From a virus: 64,000 nt of DNA. Under the pieces are notes generated by a model. That model ran no database searches, was not told where the DNA came from, and saw nothing but the letters and a program-made list of their open reading frames with translations. The position numbers and the translations under genes are program-made. Shown in pieces: positions 26,801-35,683 of this stretch. The stretch lies in the IMG/VR virus record IMGVR_UViG_3300045988_153745; one strand, given 5' to 3'. Position 1 is the stretch's first letter; each line of letters opens with the position of its first letter.

Positions 26801-27240
26801 TGTGAAGCATTTGCATATGAACCAGCTACTTGCGCACCAATATTTACTCTTGCGTTTGTTTTTTCAGTATCAGTTAATCCCTGAGACCCAACAGTAGACA
26901 CAGCTTTAAAATTCCCAACATTACCAAGTCCAATTTCACTTGCAGTATATGTAGGTTTTGTTTTCTGTTTTGCCCAACTAGGTACATCACTTGCTGGCAT
27001 GCTTGTGGGTTTATTTTTTATCGCAGCATCACCGCTTGTTGCATTCCAATCTGGTTGGGGTCTCCAAGTATCAGTATCAGTAAATTTTGCATTAGCAGGA
27101 ACATCTATATTAACAGTATGATTGTTAACTTTTGTTGCATTATCTGCGGAAGCCGCTGATGCAACTTTAGCTTTGCTAATATATTCTTTTAATTTGGTAG
27201 TATATTTAGTTAGACCAATTTTAGTTAAATATTTACCCAT
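23854..27240 (-). CDS. Tail fibre / receptor-binding protein
   Basis: 1128 aa. The protein contains repeated HTHG/SHTH...ITSG motifs, a Gly/Ser/Thr/Ala-rich beta-helix-like repeat region (SHAEG...TASG) and a conserved C-terminal domain. Confidence 0.7.
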   Translation of the reverse strand: MGKYLTKIGLTKYTTKLKEYISKAKVASAASADNATKVNNHTVNIDVPANAKFTDTDTWRPQPDWNATSGDAAIKNKPTSMPASDVPSWAKQKTKPTYTASEIGLGNVGNFKAVSTVGSQGLTDTEKTNARVNIGAQVAGSYANASHTHGNGDITSLDASKITSGTIDIDRLPQGALDRLVKVADDTARFKLTTKDVQLGDSVKVTSTKKMYIVVDETKLSSEAGYEPYTADSATSVPWSGVTGKPSTYTPSSHTHTKSQITDFPTSMPANGGNSATVNGHTINSNVPANAKFTDTDTWRPLGTTADTACAGNDSRLTNARPASDVYAWAKASTKPTYSKSEVGLGKVDNTADADKSVKHAATAGSANSVAWSNVSGKPALGNAASKTTRGLNATAASGWKDATTDGAYVPDMTFIAYWNGAYSNTASNLAYCNKGAFGTAATANKGDFAVANHTHSYNNLTNKPTIPSVGNGTVTITQNGATKGSFTMNQGGNTTIALTDTITSGRVTAGAKAGSIIGQYATAEGSNTTASGKVSHAEGNYSSALGQYSHAEGSSGTASGEASHSEGNATEATGFCSHAEGNYTLASGQMSHASGCGTQATRFCSYSEGLTGKATGVGSHVEGTYAVGYMGQGADCYTEVDVTIKEIPTSQLSTVRTTTGLPNVKYYMYYTNESSSLNYLPDAVQESIDNGGNVVHLFDNPLSVDEFYQFTPSQIKQVTIPSVINKPALYFGNPSFTDERILKSLLNKNLKKIWIAASFNRTYTYSLASGAASHCEGGGNTASGHYSHAEGVCTKASGVRSHAQGNSTVASGITAFASGCSTTASGQSSFAGGCDSIASQTNSFAVGSSTKASHYCAFSEGLQTEANASYCHASGFNTIASNQCSYSMGHFNTAMITGGSPSNKIGTALSIGNGSSTSARSNAFSVQFSGITKAANTITASTTADYAEFFEWLDENPNAEDRVGYFVTLDGDKIKIAEANDDYILGVISGAPFVLGNGDCDVWNGMYLRDEFRRLKEEPAPKMIRVKNKETKKYESQIIEGEYEGTRFVLNPNYDSSQEYKSRFDRPEWAAVGMLGVLPVRHDGTAQVNGYVTVGANGIATACEKTAENAYRVIKENSDSVVEIIFR

Positions 27241-27279
27241 TTTATTCTCCTTTCTAAATAAATAAAAAAAGAACGAGAA

Positions 27280-27891
27280 TTACTTCTCGTTCTTTTCATC
27301 TACTGTATAAACATAACCTTCATCACCTAATACACCAGACTCCTTATCTAAATCAATAACCCATTTAGGTAATTTTTCTCTAAGTGTATCAAATTCTTCT
27401 TTTCCGTTATAAGGCGCTGTTTTTACTTTATTCATAAATTCAAAAAATGTAATCTCTGGAATTATATTTATCATATCCTGAGCCATTCCCGCATATTGAG
27501 CAGTATACATAGTTTTTAAAATTTCTTCATTAATCTGATTTTCAATTTCTTTATAGCAACTATGATAAAATCTTTTTGCATTAAAAAGATTCTGTTCTGC
27601 AAACATTGGTTTTTCATTTAAACATTTAATATAGCTAAAATAATGAGAAACCATCTGCTCAACTGTAAATCGAGTAATTCCTCCATTGAAAGGATTTTTC
27701 TTTTTACAAAATTTAATTGCATTAATTGCCGCAGCGGTTGAACCAACAAGACATAAATCCCAATTGTATAATGGAATTCCGCCATTTTCTTCTATGCCTA
27801 TTCTTGTAATAGAGTGTTCTGAACCAGTCCTCCAAAGATAGATAGGGTCTTCAATACGATTTATCATTAATGGAGAACCTTCTATACTCAT
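27280..27891 (-). CDS. Hypothetical protein, possibly the downstream exon of an intron-split glycosyltransferase gene
   Basis: 203-aa ORF with no consensus promoter or RBS upstream. The frame stays open about 13 codons upstream of the annotated Met. Confidence 0.45.
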   Translation of the reverse strand: MSIEGSPLMINRIEDPIYLWRTGSEHSITRIGIEENGGIPLYNWDLCLVGSTAAAINAIKFCKKKNPFNGGITRFTVEQMVSHYFSYIKCLNEKPMFAEQNLFNAKRFYHSCYKEIENQINEEILKTMYTAQYAGMAQDMINIIPEITFFEFMNKVKTAPYNGKEEFDTLREKLPKWVIDLDKESGVLGDEGYVYTVDEKNEK

Positions 27892-28996
27892 TCGTATTTC
27901 CCAGTTAAATTGTCCGTCTTCCCGATATATTCAGTATAGTTCGCTAAGCTATACCCGTTCTCTTATGAACTGCTAAATATCTCTATCTAGTCTAGACTAT
28001 ATCACCAACTTTTAAAAAGTTGTCTGCCATTTCGGATTGCTTAATCCTACTCCTCCGCCGAGGATAGTCGTTGAACCTTCTTAACTAATAATAATTAAAT
28101 ATAAATAAAATGATAGCCACCTGTTGTTTTTCTTTTTCCATTACATACAGCCGAGATTAATCTAAAATTTAATCCCATTTGTCGACCTGCTTCATGCGCA
28201 CTATCAAAAATAACATTTGTTTCAAGACATTTAACTTGTTTTGACTGTCCATGATTTTCTATAGTTTTATAATCTATTTTTCCTTTTTCATTATATTCAT
28301 CAAGATACATAAAATGATGACCTTTGATTTGACCTTGTAAATGATTACAAACTCTAGACAAATCACCTTGACTAATTCCTAATTGATTAGCACATTCCAT
28401 ACAACCATCATAAATTTTTAAAGTATCAGTATCAATAATTTTTCGTTTTTGACCATTAAGAATTGAAGACCCTCCTCCTTTTATATTATAACCTTTAAGA
28501 GGGTCACAACTATTATATAAAGAAATATAATAGATTTCATATTGATTTAATTCTTCTCTTTTACATTCTTTTAAAATTTCCCATGAAAAATTTTCAATAC
28601 CTGTCTCCCTAATTTCTTTATCAAGGACTCCATGATAATGCTTCTCATTACTATAGTTTTTAAAAAAATGGTCTTTTATTCGAGATTCAATATTGATACT
28701 TTGACCAATATAAACTTTATTATTTATATTATTAGTAATTTTATAAATACCTATCATTTTATTTAATAACTCCTTTTTATTAAAAATTAGATAGCTATTA
28801 TTTTATATTTTATTATTAGTAAGCTTGGCTGCTGATTGCCCATTGTTTTATAATATTTTAGGATTCCTCCATGATACATCTCTTAACTTATTTCTGCTTT
28901 CGCCCTATTATATAAAATATAATAGTATAAGAGCTTTAGGGGTTTCCAGCAATTAAACAGATTTTTCATTACCCCTCACAGGGTAAAGCCACTGAA
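27892..28996 (-). mobile_element. Putative group I intron carrying a GIY-YIG homing endonuclease ORF
   Basis: The endonuclease ORF is flanked by 203-nt and 239-nt non-coding segments that lack the otherwise ubiquitous promoter motif. GACTA-containing core-like elements are present. The flanking ORFs look like two halves of one GT2 gene. Confidence 0.45.
28095..28757 (-). CDS. GIY-YIG homing endonuclease
   Basis: The N-terminal GIYKITNNINNKVYIGQS...R...H motif is present. The protein is 220 aa with a C-terminal DNA-binding-like region. Confidence 0.8.
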   Translation of the reverse strand: MIGIYKITNNINNKVYIGQSINIESRIKDHFFKNYSNEKHYHGVLDKEIRETGIENFSWEILKECKREELNQYEIYYISLYNSCDPLKGYNIKGGGSSILNGQKRKIIDTDTLKIYDGCMECANQLGISQGDLSRVCNHLQGQIKGHHFMYLDEYNEKGKIDYKTIENHGQSKQVKCLETNVIFDSAHEAGRQMGLNFRLISAVCNGKRKTTGGYHFIYI

Positions 28997-29554
28997 TTAG
29001 TTAATGGCGCGCAATTCAGAAAACTTAATTCCAGCTTCTCTAAGGAATGAAACTCGATATAAACGACCAAATACCCAAGGATGTGTAACATCATTACGCG
29101 GCATCATTCTCGGAGGCACGCCCTGCCCCATCTGAATTAATTGTTGTTTTTCTGCAACACTCATCTTACCTTGTTCTATCTCTTGGAAGAATGGACCTTG
29201 TACTTCAATACAATTTGGAGTTGTATTATCTAATAGACTTTCAATAGAAAATGGTGAAATAAAAATATCATCAGCATCTATAAAAGTTATCCATTCCGCA
29301 GTACAGGCATCTAATGCTCTTTGTCTTGCAATACCAGGACCCGCGTTTCTATCACAGTTTACTGTAATAATTTCTAAATCTGGATATAATGTTTTTAAAA
29401 AATCATATTTTCCATTATCTGCGGGGTCGTCATTAGCAATAATAACCTGGCATCTACTCTTATAACTCTGTATCTGAATAGATGCCAAAGTATCTTTTAT
29501 TGTTTCTATTGCATGAAAAGCAGGAATTCCAATAGCTACATCTTTCTTACTCAT
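28997..29554 (-). CDS. GT2 family glycosyltransferase N-terminal domain, possibly exon 1
   Basis: IGIPAFHA...IQSY...VIIANDDPAD...ITFIDADDIF are GT2 DxD-region signatures. A 185-aa ORF is short for GT2. Confidence 0.65.
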   Translation of the reverse strand: MSKKDVAIGIPAFHAIETIKDTLASIQIQSYKSRCQVIIANDDPADNGKYDFLKTLYPDLEIITVNCDRNAGPGIARQRALDACTAEWITFIDADDIFISPFSIESLLDNTTPNCIEVQGPFFQEIEQGKMSVAEKQQLIQMGQGVPPRMMPRNDVTHPWVFGRLYRVSFLREAGIKFSELRAIN

Positions 29555-29606
29555 TGCAATAATCTCCTTTTATCTCTTTTATTCAATTATATCATATTTT
29601 TTAGAA

Positions 29607-30830
29607 TTATGCAAACATTGCTGCAATTTCTGCATCTGTAATAGGAGTAAGCTCTTCTGCAGTTTCATCAACTACAATAGTAATTGTAGTATCATCAATC
29701 TTACCTGCGGCTTTAGCTGCAGCTATCTCTGATTCTGTTCCCATAAATACACGAGAATCAATATATGCTTTAACTGTTGATGCTTTTGCATTAACTTTAT
29801 AATCCGTTCCAAGAACAGAAGTTAAAAATGCTTCATCAATAGCAACATCCGCATATGTAGGTGTTACACTCTCACTTGAAGCTACTGTACAAATATATAA
29901 TTTATTTCCGCTTAAATATACTTCACCAACTTTAGCTGTTGTTGGAAGTGTAGCAATAGTTCCTTTAAATACAAGAGATTCACCAGTTGCGGCAATGCTA
30001 TCTAATACTTCTTGTGATAACATAGCTTTTGTGATTGCTGCATTATCAATAGTTGCAGAAATCTTATTATTAGAACCAACAACTACTTTAATAATATTGT
30101 TATCAGTACCTTCATAAACATCAACTAAATCTTTAACATATATATAAATTTTTTGATTATCAGCAGTTCCCTCTTGAACATTAATAATTAATTCAATATA
30201 TTTTCCAAGTTTATCATCTGTTACACCATCTGGTAATGCAAGAATATTCTCACCATCTTGATAGTATAATTCTCCAATTTTAGTAAAATCAGTTATTTTA
30301 CCTGATTTAACCAAGAAATCTTTAGGAATATCAACTTTGCCAATTTCTGCACCATTCTGTGTAAAAGTATATGTCTTTAAAGCACCTTCTGTTGTAGTGC
30401 TAGTTGTGATAGATACTGTTGCATGCTCTTTAATTAAATTCTTAATAGAACCTTCAACACTATCTTCACCTTCAAGTTTAGTAATTTCTTTTTGTAAATT
30501 ATCAATATCTGTAGTAATAGAAGTAATATCTACTGATATTTTATCTGTTTTATCTTCATCAAAAAATAAATCAATATAAACCTTATCAGTATCTTCCCTA
30601 AGTTCACCAGATTTTAATACTTTACTAAAAGGAATATTTATTTTAGATGCAGTTCCTGTAGGTAAACCTGAATCATTAACACCTTGATAAATTTCATAAG
30701 TTGCGGCATAGCCAGTCTCAGGTGTCTCTGCAGCTTTGATATAAACTTTATTATATTTTTTAATCGCTGCGTCATAAGCTACAAGACCTTCTTTGTCTAA
30801 ATATTTAGCCATTAATTTATCTCCTCTCAT
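29607..30830 (-). CDS. Hypothetical structural protein
   Basis: 407-aa ORF within a structural/lysis block. It has no recognisable catalytic motifs. Confidence 0.45.
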   Translation of the reverse strand: MRGDKLMAKYLDKEGLVAYDAAIKKYNKVYIKAAETPETGYAATYEIYQGVNDSGLPTGTASKINIPFSKVLKSGELREDTDKVYIDLFFDEDKTDKISVDITSITTDIDNLQKEITKLEGEDSVEGSIKNLIKEHATVSITTSTTTEGALKTYTFTQNGAEIGKVDIPKDFLVKSGKITDFTKIGELYYQDGENILALPDGVTDDKLGKYIELIINVQEGTADNQKIYIYVKDLVDVYEGTDNNIIKVVVGSNNKISATIDNAAITKAMLSQEVLDSIAATGESLVFKGTIATLPTTAKVGEVYLSGNKLYICTVASSESVTPTYADVAIDEAFLTSVLGTDYKVNAKASTVKAYIDSRVFMGTESEIAAAKAAGKIDDTTITIVVDETAEELTPITDAEIAAMFA

Positions 30831-31333
30831 TAAATAAATAATTCATCAATATCTTCTTTAGTAATTAAACTTCTATTGATTATATCCTGAACAACTTCCG
30901 TATCTATACTCTCTTGGATATAATCTTTTGATATTAAATTCTTAATATAATCATCAGATATATGAATTTTACCATTATCTTCTATTAAAATAGAATTGTT
31001 ATCAATTATAATTGCACCAAGCTTATCTTCTGTCGCAATAGGAAGCATATTTGCTATTTCTTTTTTTAACTCATCTTTAGTATAATAATTATCTAAATTA
31101 AGTTCAGTACTTCCTACTAAAACCCAATTACTATCAACATACATATATTGATTGTAAGAAGTTTTTTCCGCAGAAGCCGGTACAAAATAAATTGTTTTTT
31201 CTTTTATATCAACTGTTGGTAATGAATCAACGAATTGAATATCTAATGCACCCACTTTAGAAAAAAGGTAGTCTGCATATTGCTTACTAGCTTTTTTAGC
31301 AAGCGCATAAGTGACAGCAGAAAATCCGCTCAT
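30830..31333 (-). CDS. Hypothetical protein
   Basis: 167-aa ORF. Confidence 0.45.
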   Translation of the reverse strand: MSGFSAVTYALAKKASKQYADYLFSKVGALDIQFVDSLPTVDIKEKTIYFVPASAEKTSYNQYMYVDSNWVLVGSTELNLDNYYTKDELKKEIANMLPIATEDKLGAIIIDNNSILIEDNGKIHISDDYIKNLISKDYIQESIDTEVVQDIINRSLITKEDIDELFI

Positions 31334-31352
31334 TTTAGATTACCTCCTTTTA

Positions 31353-31541
31353 TTAAAGTTCATGCCAGATTCCATCTCCGCCAAGCATCCAAACAGAAGA
31401 ATCTTCTAAGCAAACACAAGTACTACCTGCAATAGCGCCTTTACAAGTTTCATGTAATGTATCAATATCTGATAAGCTTGTTGCTACAGCTTCTATTACA
31501 TAAGCTTCTACTTCGCCTCTTTGTGCTGTAATATCAACCAT
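31353..31541 (-). CDS. Hypothetical small protein
   Basis: 62-aa ORF. Confidence 0.35.
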   Translation of the reverse strand: MVDITAQRGEVEAYVIEAVATSLSDIDTLHETCKGAIAGSTCVCLEDSSVWMLGGDGIWHEL

Positions 31542-31661
31542 TAAAAATTCTCCTTTCTTATTATTATTTCCTATTTATTTTTAATTTTTATAAATTGTAA
31601 ATTTAACATTTTTGACCAATAAAAAATAAGCCCATGAAGAAAAATCCTCATGGGCTTATAA

Positions 31662-31991
31662 TTAATTTTCTTTATTTTCATCTATATATTTTTTATATTG
31701 TTTAATCATTTGAATAAACTTATCATATCCAAACATTGCAATATAAGCTTCTGCAATACATAATACTATAATACCAATTACAATAACTGATGTAATTGTA
31801 ATTTTTGCATAACAAATATATGCGATTGCCGCAAGAACTGTAATAACAATAGATGTACAAATAGCTAAGATGTTGTTAGGAAAATCATTACAAATTTTCT
31901 TTTCAACTTCTACAGCCAAACTTGTAACAAAAGCAATAATAACAATTGCAATTAATAATTGGGCAAGTGTTGTTGTTGTCATAATATTCAC
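31662..31991 (-). CDS. Small membrane protein, a holin candidate
   Basis: 109 aa with three predicted transmembrane helices and a charged C-terminus, immediately downstream of the endolysin gene. Confidence 0.5.
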   Translation of the reverse strand: MNIMTTTTLAQLLIAIVIIAFVTSLAVEVEKKICNDFPNNILAICTSIVITVLAAIAYICYAKITITSVIVIGIIVLCIAEAYIAMFGYDKFIQMIKQYKKYIDENKEN

Positions 31992-31996
31992 ACTCC

Positions 31997-32437
31997 TTAA
32001 ATTTTAGAAGAAGGTGTTTCTGCGATAGCTGTTTTATTCATCAGATTTAACTGCTCTTCATAAGGTTGAGTTGCATTCGCAGCATCCTTCTTAATTTCTA
32101 TTGTGTCATAAATTTTATATTCTGGATAAGCTTTTTGAATATCTATCATTCTATAAATGTTATAAACCATAACATTTGCAAGATATTCAGCTTTTGCTTT
32201 AATAGAATAAGTAGTCTGCGCGATTGCGCAAAGACTTAATATAGGTATTAAAACTTCTAATCCATAATATTGAATTACTTGATAATTATATTCACCTTTC
32301 GCAATCATAGGTGTAAGCATTAAAGTAAATAACCAAGTAAAATAAGTTAAAAAAGCATAAGGGAGAAAGAGAATTATCTTGCTAACGGTAATTCTCTTTT
32401 CTCTTGATGTAAAAAATTTTTTAATAGATTTGAACAT
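31997..32437 (-). CDS. Membrane protein, a holin or antiholin candidate
   Basis: 146 aa with multiple hydrophobic helices. Confidence 0.45.
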   Translation of the reverse strand: MFKSIKKFFTSREKRITVSKIILFLPYAFLTYFTWLFTLMLTPMIAKGEYNYQVIQYYGLEVLIPILSLCAIAQTTYSIKAKAEYLANVMVYNIYRMIDIQKAYPEYKIYDTIEIKKDAANATQPYEEQLNLMNKTAIAETPSSKI

Positions 32438-32448
32438 TTAGCGCCTCC

Positions 32449-33354
32449 TTATGCAGGAGTTACTTCTGATGTCCATACCCAAGCATAATGTTCACCATAG
32501 ATATCAAGCAGAACCTTTTCTCTATCATCAGAGAAGCTATTGATTTGATATGTTCTATTTGTATAAGCAAGTGAATTTCCATTTACATCTGTTGAACCTG
32601 TAAATAAAACATCCATTCCTTCTTCAAGAGCTGGAGTTGATGATTCTTCTTCCTCTTGTGAATCAGAGTAATACTTTTCTTCAACTCTTGCCTGATATGC
32701 GTCATAATCATATCCTGCTTCAGTTAATCTAGCTCTACGTTCTTCACCATTACCATATTCTCCACGATAAATAGCATCTACTACGTCCTCATCTATTGCG
32801 GAAGTTGGTGCTTCTGACTCTTCAGGCTCGACTGGAGCTTCTTCAGGCTGGCTGCCGCCATTTACATAATCCCAAACATAGTCATTATATACTCTTAAAT
32901 TAAAATCATTAATAATATCTAATGTTGTTTGATAATAGTCTGGAGCTGTTGCATAAGCAAGACCAATATCATTAGTAAGACCTTCAAGTTCTCCTTCTAC
33001 TGTATCTGCAGAAGTTGCATCATCATAATTATCCCATTGCATGAGGTCATAATAACCTTGTACAGCGCCTGCAATATCTGGATAAGATGCAAAACCGTCC
33101 TGTATATTTACATACTCACCATTAATATACTCTGTTGTATCTAATGTAACATCATTACCTTTAATACCAAATAAAGTTGCTGCATTAAGATTCCAGCCGG
33201 ATTCCTTTCCGCCTTGTGCGATTACAACCGCAGGAGAAATTGTTTTCTGACCAGCCTTTCTACGCTTAACCCACTCATTACAAACAATAGGAGCAAGAGT
33301 GTTTACAAAATTGTTTACATGGTCATATTTTGTGTTAGTTACTGGAAAATCCAT
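32449..33354 (-). CDS. Endolysin with an N-acetylglucosaminidase (FlgJ-like) domain
   Basis: VVIAQGGKESGWNLNAATLFGIKG matches the glucosaminidase motif. The C-terminal half is acidic. Confidence 0.7.
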   Translation of the reverse strand: MDFPVTNTKYDHVNNFVNTLAPIVCNEWVKRRKAGQKTISPAVVIAQGGKESGWNLNAATLFGIKGNDVTLDTTEYINGEYVNIQDGFASYPDIAGAVQGYYDLMQWDNYDDATSADTVEGELEGLTNDIGLAYATAPDYYQTTLDIINDFNLRVYNDYVWDYVNGGSQPEEAPVEPEESEAPTSAIDEDVVDAIYRGEYGNGEERRARLTEAGYDYDAYQARVEEKYYSDSQEEEESSTPALEEGMDVLFTGSTDVNGNSLAYTNRTYQINSFSDDREKVLLDIYGEHYAWVWTSEVTPA

Positions 33355-33510
33355 TCTTATTTCCTCCTTTTCTTATTCTTCAATTAATATAAAAAAAGGA
33401 CAAATCAATTTTACCTGATTTGTCCTTAATTCTAAAATTCGATTTAAAAAATTCCAAAAGGTGTTTTTGTTTCCTGCGGACGGACGTTAGCCTACCTAGC
33501 AGATGAAGGA

Positions 33511-33738
33511 TTACTGAGCATCTCTTTCCTTTTCTAACATTGCAATCTTTTCCTTCTCTTCTGCAATGTAGTCAGTTAAATTCTTAATCATTCTTTCACG
33601 ACCTCCTTCGTGACCACCCATCTCTTCAAGTTCTCTCTTGTTAACTTCAATCATACGATACATCTGGTCAATCATTGCTTGATGTCCCGCAATTTTAGAA
33701 GCAATACTCTCTTCTGGTATATGGTCAATATCTGGCAT
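33511..33738 (-). CDS. Hypothetical protein
   Basis: 75-aa ORF with a terminator hairpin downstream at 33397..33430. Confidence 0.4.
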   Translation of the reverse strand: MPDIDHIPEESIASKIAGHQAMIDQMYRMIEVNKRELEEMGGHEGGRERMIKNLTDYIAEEKEKIAMLEKERDAQ

Positions 33739-33798
33739 ATCCTTGTTCCTCCTTAATTTAAAAATAAGCGTACTTTAATTATTAAAGTACGCTTTAAT

Positions 33799-33870
33799 AC
33801 TCCCATTCAGAGTCGAACTGAAATCGTTAGATTAGAAATCTAATGTTCTGTTCCATTAAACTATAGGAGT
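33799..33870 (-). tRNA. tRNA-Arg (UCU)
   Basis: Acceptor ACTCCTA/TGGGAGT, anticodon arm TTAGA-TTTCTAA-TCTAA, T arm TTCAG-TTCGACT-CTGAA. Confidence 0.7.
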
Positions 33871-33947
33871 AAAACTAGACAGTTGTTATAAGGTTTTTTG
33901 CTAAAACTTACTTATTATAAATTTGCTGTTTCTGTCTGAAAACCATC

Positions 33948-34033
33948 AAAAGGGACTTGAACCCAATATAGACAATCTTAATTTTTACTCTTACATAATT
34001 GTCAACACTTTAAGAGTAAGTGTAGCCTTTCCT
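33948..34033 (-). ncRNA. Atypical tRNA-like element with a T-arm-like GGGTTCAAGTCCC and a 10-bp internal hairpin
   Basis: The CTTACTCTTA...TAAGAGTAAG 10-bp stem with a 17-nt loop replaces a normal anticodon arm, and the acceptor pairing is poor. Confidence 0.3.
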
Positions 34034-34058
34034 TTCAGCTAACATGATGGCTATAAGC

Positions 34059-34130
34059 ACGCCCAGCAGGAGTCGAACCCACATACACTGTTTTGGAGAC
34101 AGTAGTCCTAGCCATTAAACGACAGGCGTG
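34059..34130 (-). tRNA. tRNA-Trp (CCA)
   Basis: Acceptor ACGCCTG/TGGGCGT, anticodon arm ACTGT-CTCCAAA-ACAGT, T arm GTGGG-TTCGACT-CCTGC. Confidence 0.75.
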
Positions 34131-34183
34131 TATCCGCGGCAGGTGACGAATCCTGCCGTGTAGATGTCGTCATCATCTACAGC

Positions 34184-34268
34184 GCCGCGCCTGAGATTCG
34201 AACTCAGATACCCCTCACGAGGATGCGGGTTTTCAAGACCCGTGCTGTACCAGTTGAGCCAACGCGGC
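34184..34268 (-). tRNA. tRNA-Ser (UGA), class II
   Basis: Acceptor GCCGCGT/GCGCGGC, anticodon arm CGGGT-CTTGAAA-ACCCG, a long variable arm, T arm CTGAG-TTCGAAT-CTCAG. Confidence 0.8.
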
Positions 34269-34275
34269 AATAAGT

Positions 34276-34346
34276 GCGGAAATGGAGACTCGAACTCCAA
34301 CTGAGTGGTTCGTAGCCACTTCGTCTATCCATTAGCGTATTCCCGC
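34276..34346 (-). tRNA. tRNA-Arg (ACG)
   Basis: Acceptor GCGGGAA/TTTCCGC, anticodon arm AGTGG-CTACGAA-CCACT, T arm TGGAG-TTCGAGT-CTCCA. Confidence 0.75.
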
Positions 34347-34350
34347 AAAC

Positions 34351-34434
34351 GCGGGCACTAAGATTCGAACTTAGACACCCCGCATGAGGTGGAAGCATTA
34401 GCAATGCTTTGCGATACCTTTACACCATACCCGC
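34351..34434 (-). tRNA. tRNA-Ser (GCU), class II
   Basis: Acceptor GCGGGTA/TGCCCGC, anticodon arm AAGCA-TTGCTAA-TGCTT, a long variable arm, T arm CTAAG-TTCGAAT-CTTAG. Confidence 0.8.
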
Positions 34435-34436
34435 AA

Positions 34437-34712
34437 TTATTTATTTCTATAAACCTGAAGCCATGTTCGATAAATTCTCTTATAATCAGTATCGCCCCAT
34501 CTTAAACAGTTTAAATAATAAACTTCCCAAGAAGCAAAAATTTTGCAGTCACAAATATCATACTTTTCATAAATTTTTTTATAACTACTTCTTTTGATAA
34601 CTTCATCTGGATGGTCTTTTAACCACATACGAACTACTGAATTAGCAGTTCTTTTTTTCTCTTTTCCTTTGTGGTCACAATACCAATTATGTTTTTTATA
34701 ACTTCTGCTCAC
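34437..34712 (-). CDS. Hypothetical basic protein inside the tRNA array
   Basis: 91 aa with a Cys/His-containing motif. Confidence 0.4.
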   Translation of the reverse strand: MSRSYKKHNWYCDHKGKEKKRTANSVVRMWLKDHPDEVIKRSSYKKIYEKYDICDCKIFASWEVYYLNCLRWGDTDYKRIYRTWLQVYRNK

Positions 34713-35016
34713 TTATAATTCCTCCTTTAAAAAGAACTTATAGGTGAAAAGCTGTATGGATATCCTTTCTCATAATTATCTCCTTTCTACTGTTTATTTT
34801 TGTAAGAGATAACCACCTAAACAGCACTCCTAGAAAATTACTTCATGGACTGTCGCTAATAAAGCTCAGGGTTGCTGGTTTGTGTATCGTTACAAAAGAA
34901 GTCCTAAACCCTTTTTCTTCTTTTATCTTACATTAAAAGTATTAGCTGATTTATGGACTGATTACCTCATTTAACCTTTGAATCCTGACTCTCAGTTAAG
35001 GCACTAATATTTTAAT

Positions 35017-35089
35017 ACGCCCACCGAGACTCGAACTCGGGACCCTCAAATTAAAAGTTTGATGCTCTAGCCAACTGAGCTATAGGCGC
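35017..35089 (-). tRNA. tRNA-Lys (UUU)
   Basis: D arm GCTC-AGTTGGCTA-GAGC, anticodon arm TCAAA-CTTTTAA-TTTGA, T arm CCGAG-TTCGAGT-CTCGG. Confidence 0.85.
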
Positions 35090-35236
35090 AATAAGAGTAA
35101 CTATAAAGCTACTTTATATTAAAATTAAGAAATAATCTATTATGCTAGGCTCGTTATTTAATAACTTTAATATTTTAATATTTGTTTTTCTCAACCAGTA
35201 CTTACACTGAATTGCTGTTTAAGCCTTTAATAGAAT

Positions 35237-35309
35237 GGGGAGTAGAGGTATCGAACCTCTCCGCCTCGGGCTTCAACCGAGTGCTCTGCCACATATGAGC
35301 TAACTCCCC
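35237..35309 (-). tRNA. tRNA-Phe (GAA)
   Basis: Acceptor GGGGAGT/ACTCCCC, D arm GCTC-ATATGGCA-GAGC, anticodon arm CTCGG-TTGAAGC-CCGAG. Confidence 0.9.
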
Positions 35310-35423
35310 GAAAATGCGGTGTTGCAATTCCGCATAATCTGAACAAGTTTTGTTGCAACTTTTATCCTTATTCATAACCATCGACATCTAGTTTCCTATG
35401 TTTACCAATGCCGACTACAGAAT

Positions 35424-35496
35424 TGTGGTGAAAGGATTTGAACCTCTAACCTTTAGCTCCAGCCGCTAACGCTCTACCCGATTGAGCTACACCACA
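35424..35496 (-). tRNA. tRNA with a CUG anticodon (Gln-type) and a non-canonical anticodon loop GGCUGGA
   Basis: The acceptor, D arm (GCTC-AATCGGGTA-GAGC) and T arm are perfect, but positions 32/33 of the anticodon loop are GG. Confidence 0.5.
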
Positions 35497-35612
35497 GACA
35501 ATAGAACCTACAACCAATAAGAATTCTATTGTATAATATTTTGTTTCTTGCAAGAATTTTGTATTATCGCGGCGGTTGCCTCATTTAGGGGATTCCAAAC
35601 CCCTACGATAAA

Positions 35613-35683
35613 GCAGGTAACGGGAATCGAACCCGTCTATCCAGATTGGAAGTCTGGCGCACTAGCCGATGTACTACACCTGC
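35613..35683 (-). tRNA. tRNA-Gly (UCC)
   Basis: Acceptor GCAGGTG/TACCTGC, anticodon arm CCAGA-CTTCCAA-TCTGG, T arm ACGGG-TTCGATT-CCCGT. Confidence 0.85.
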
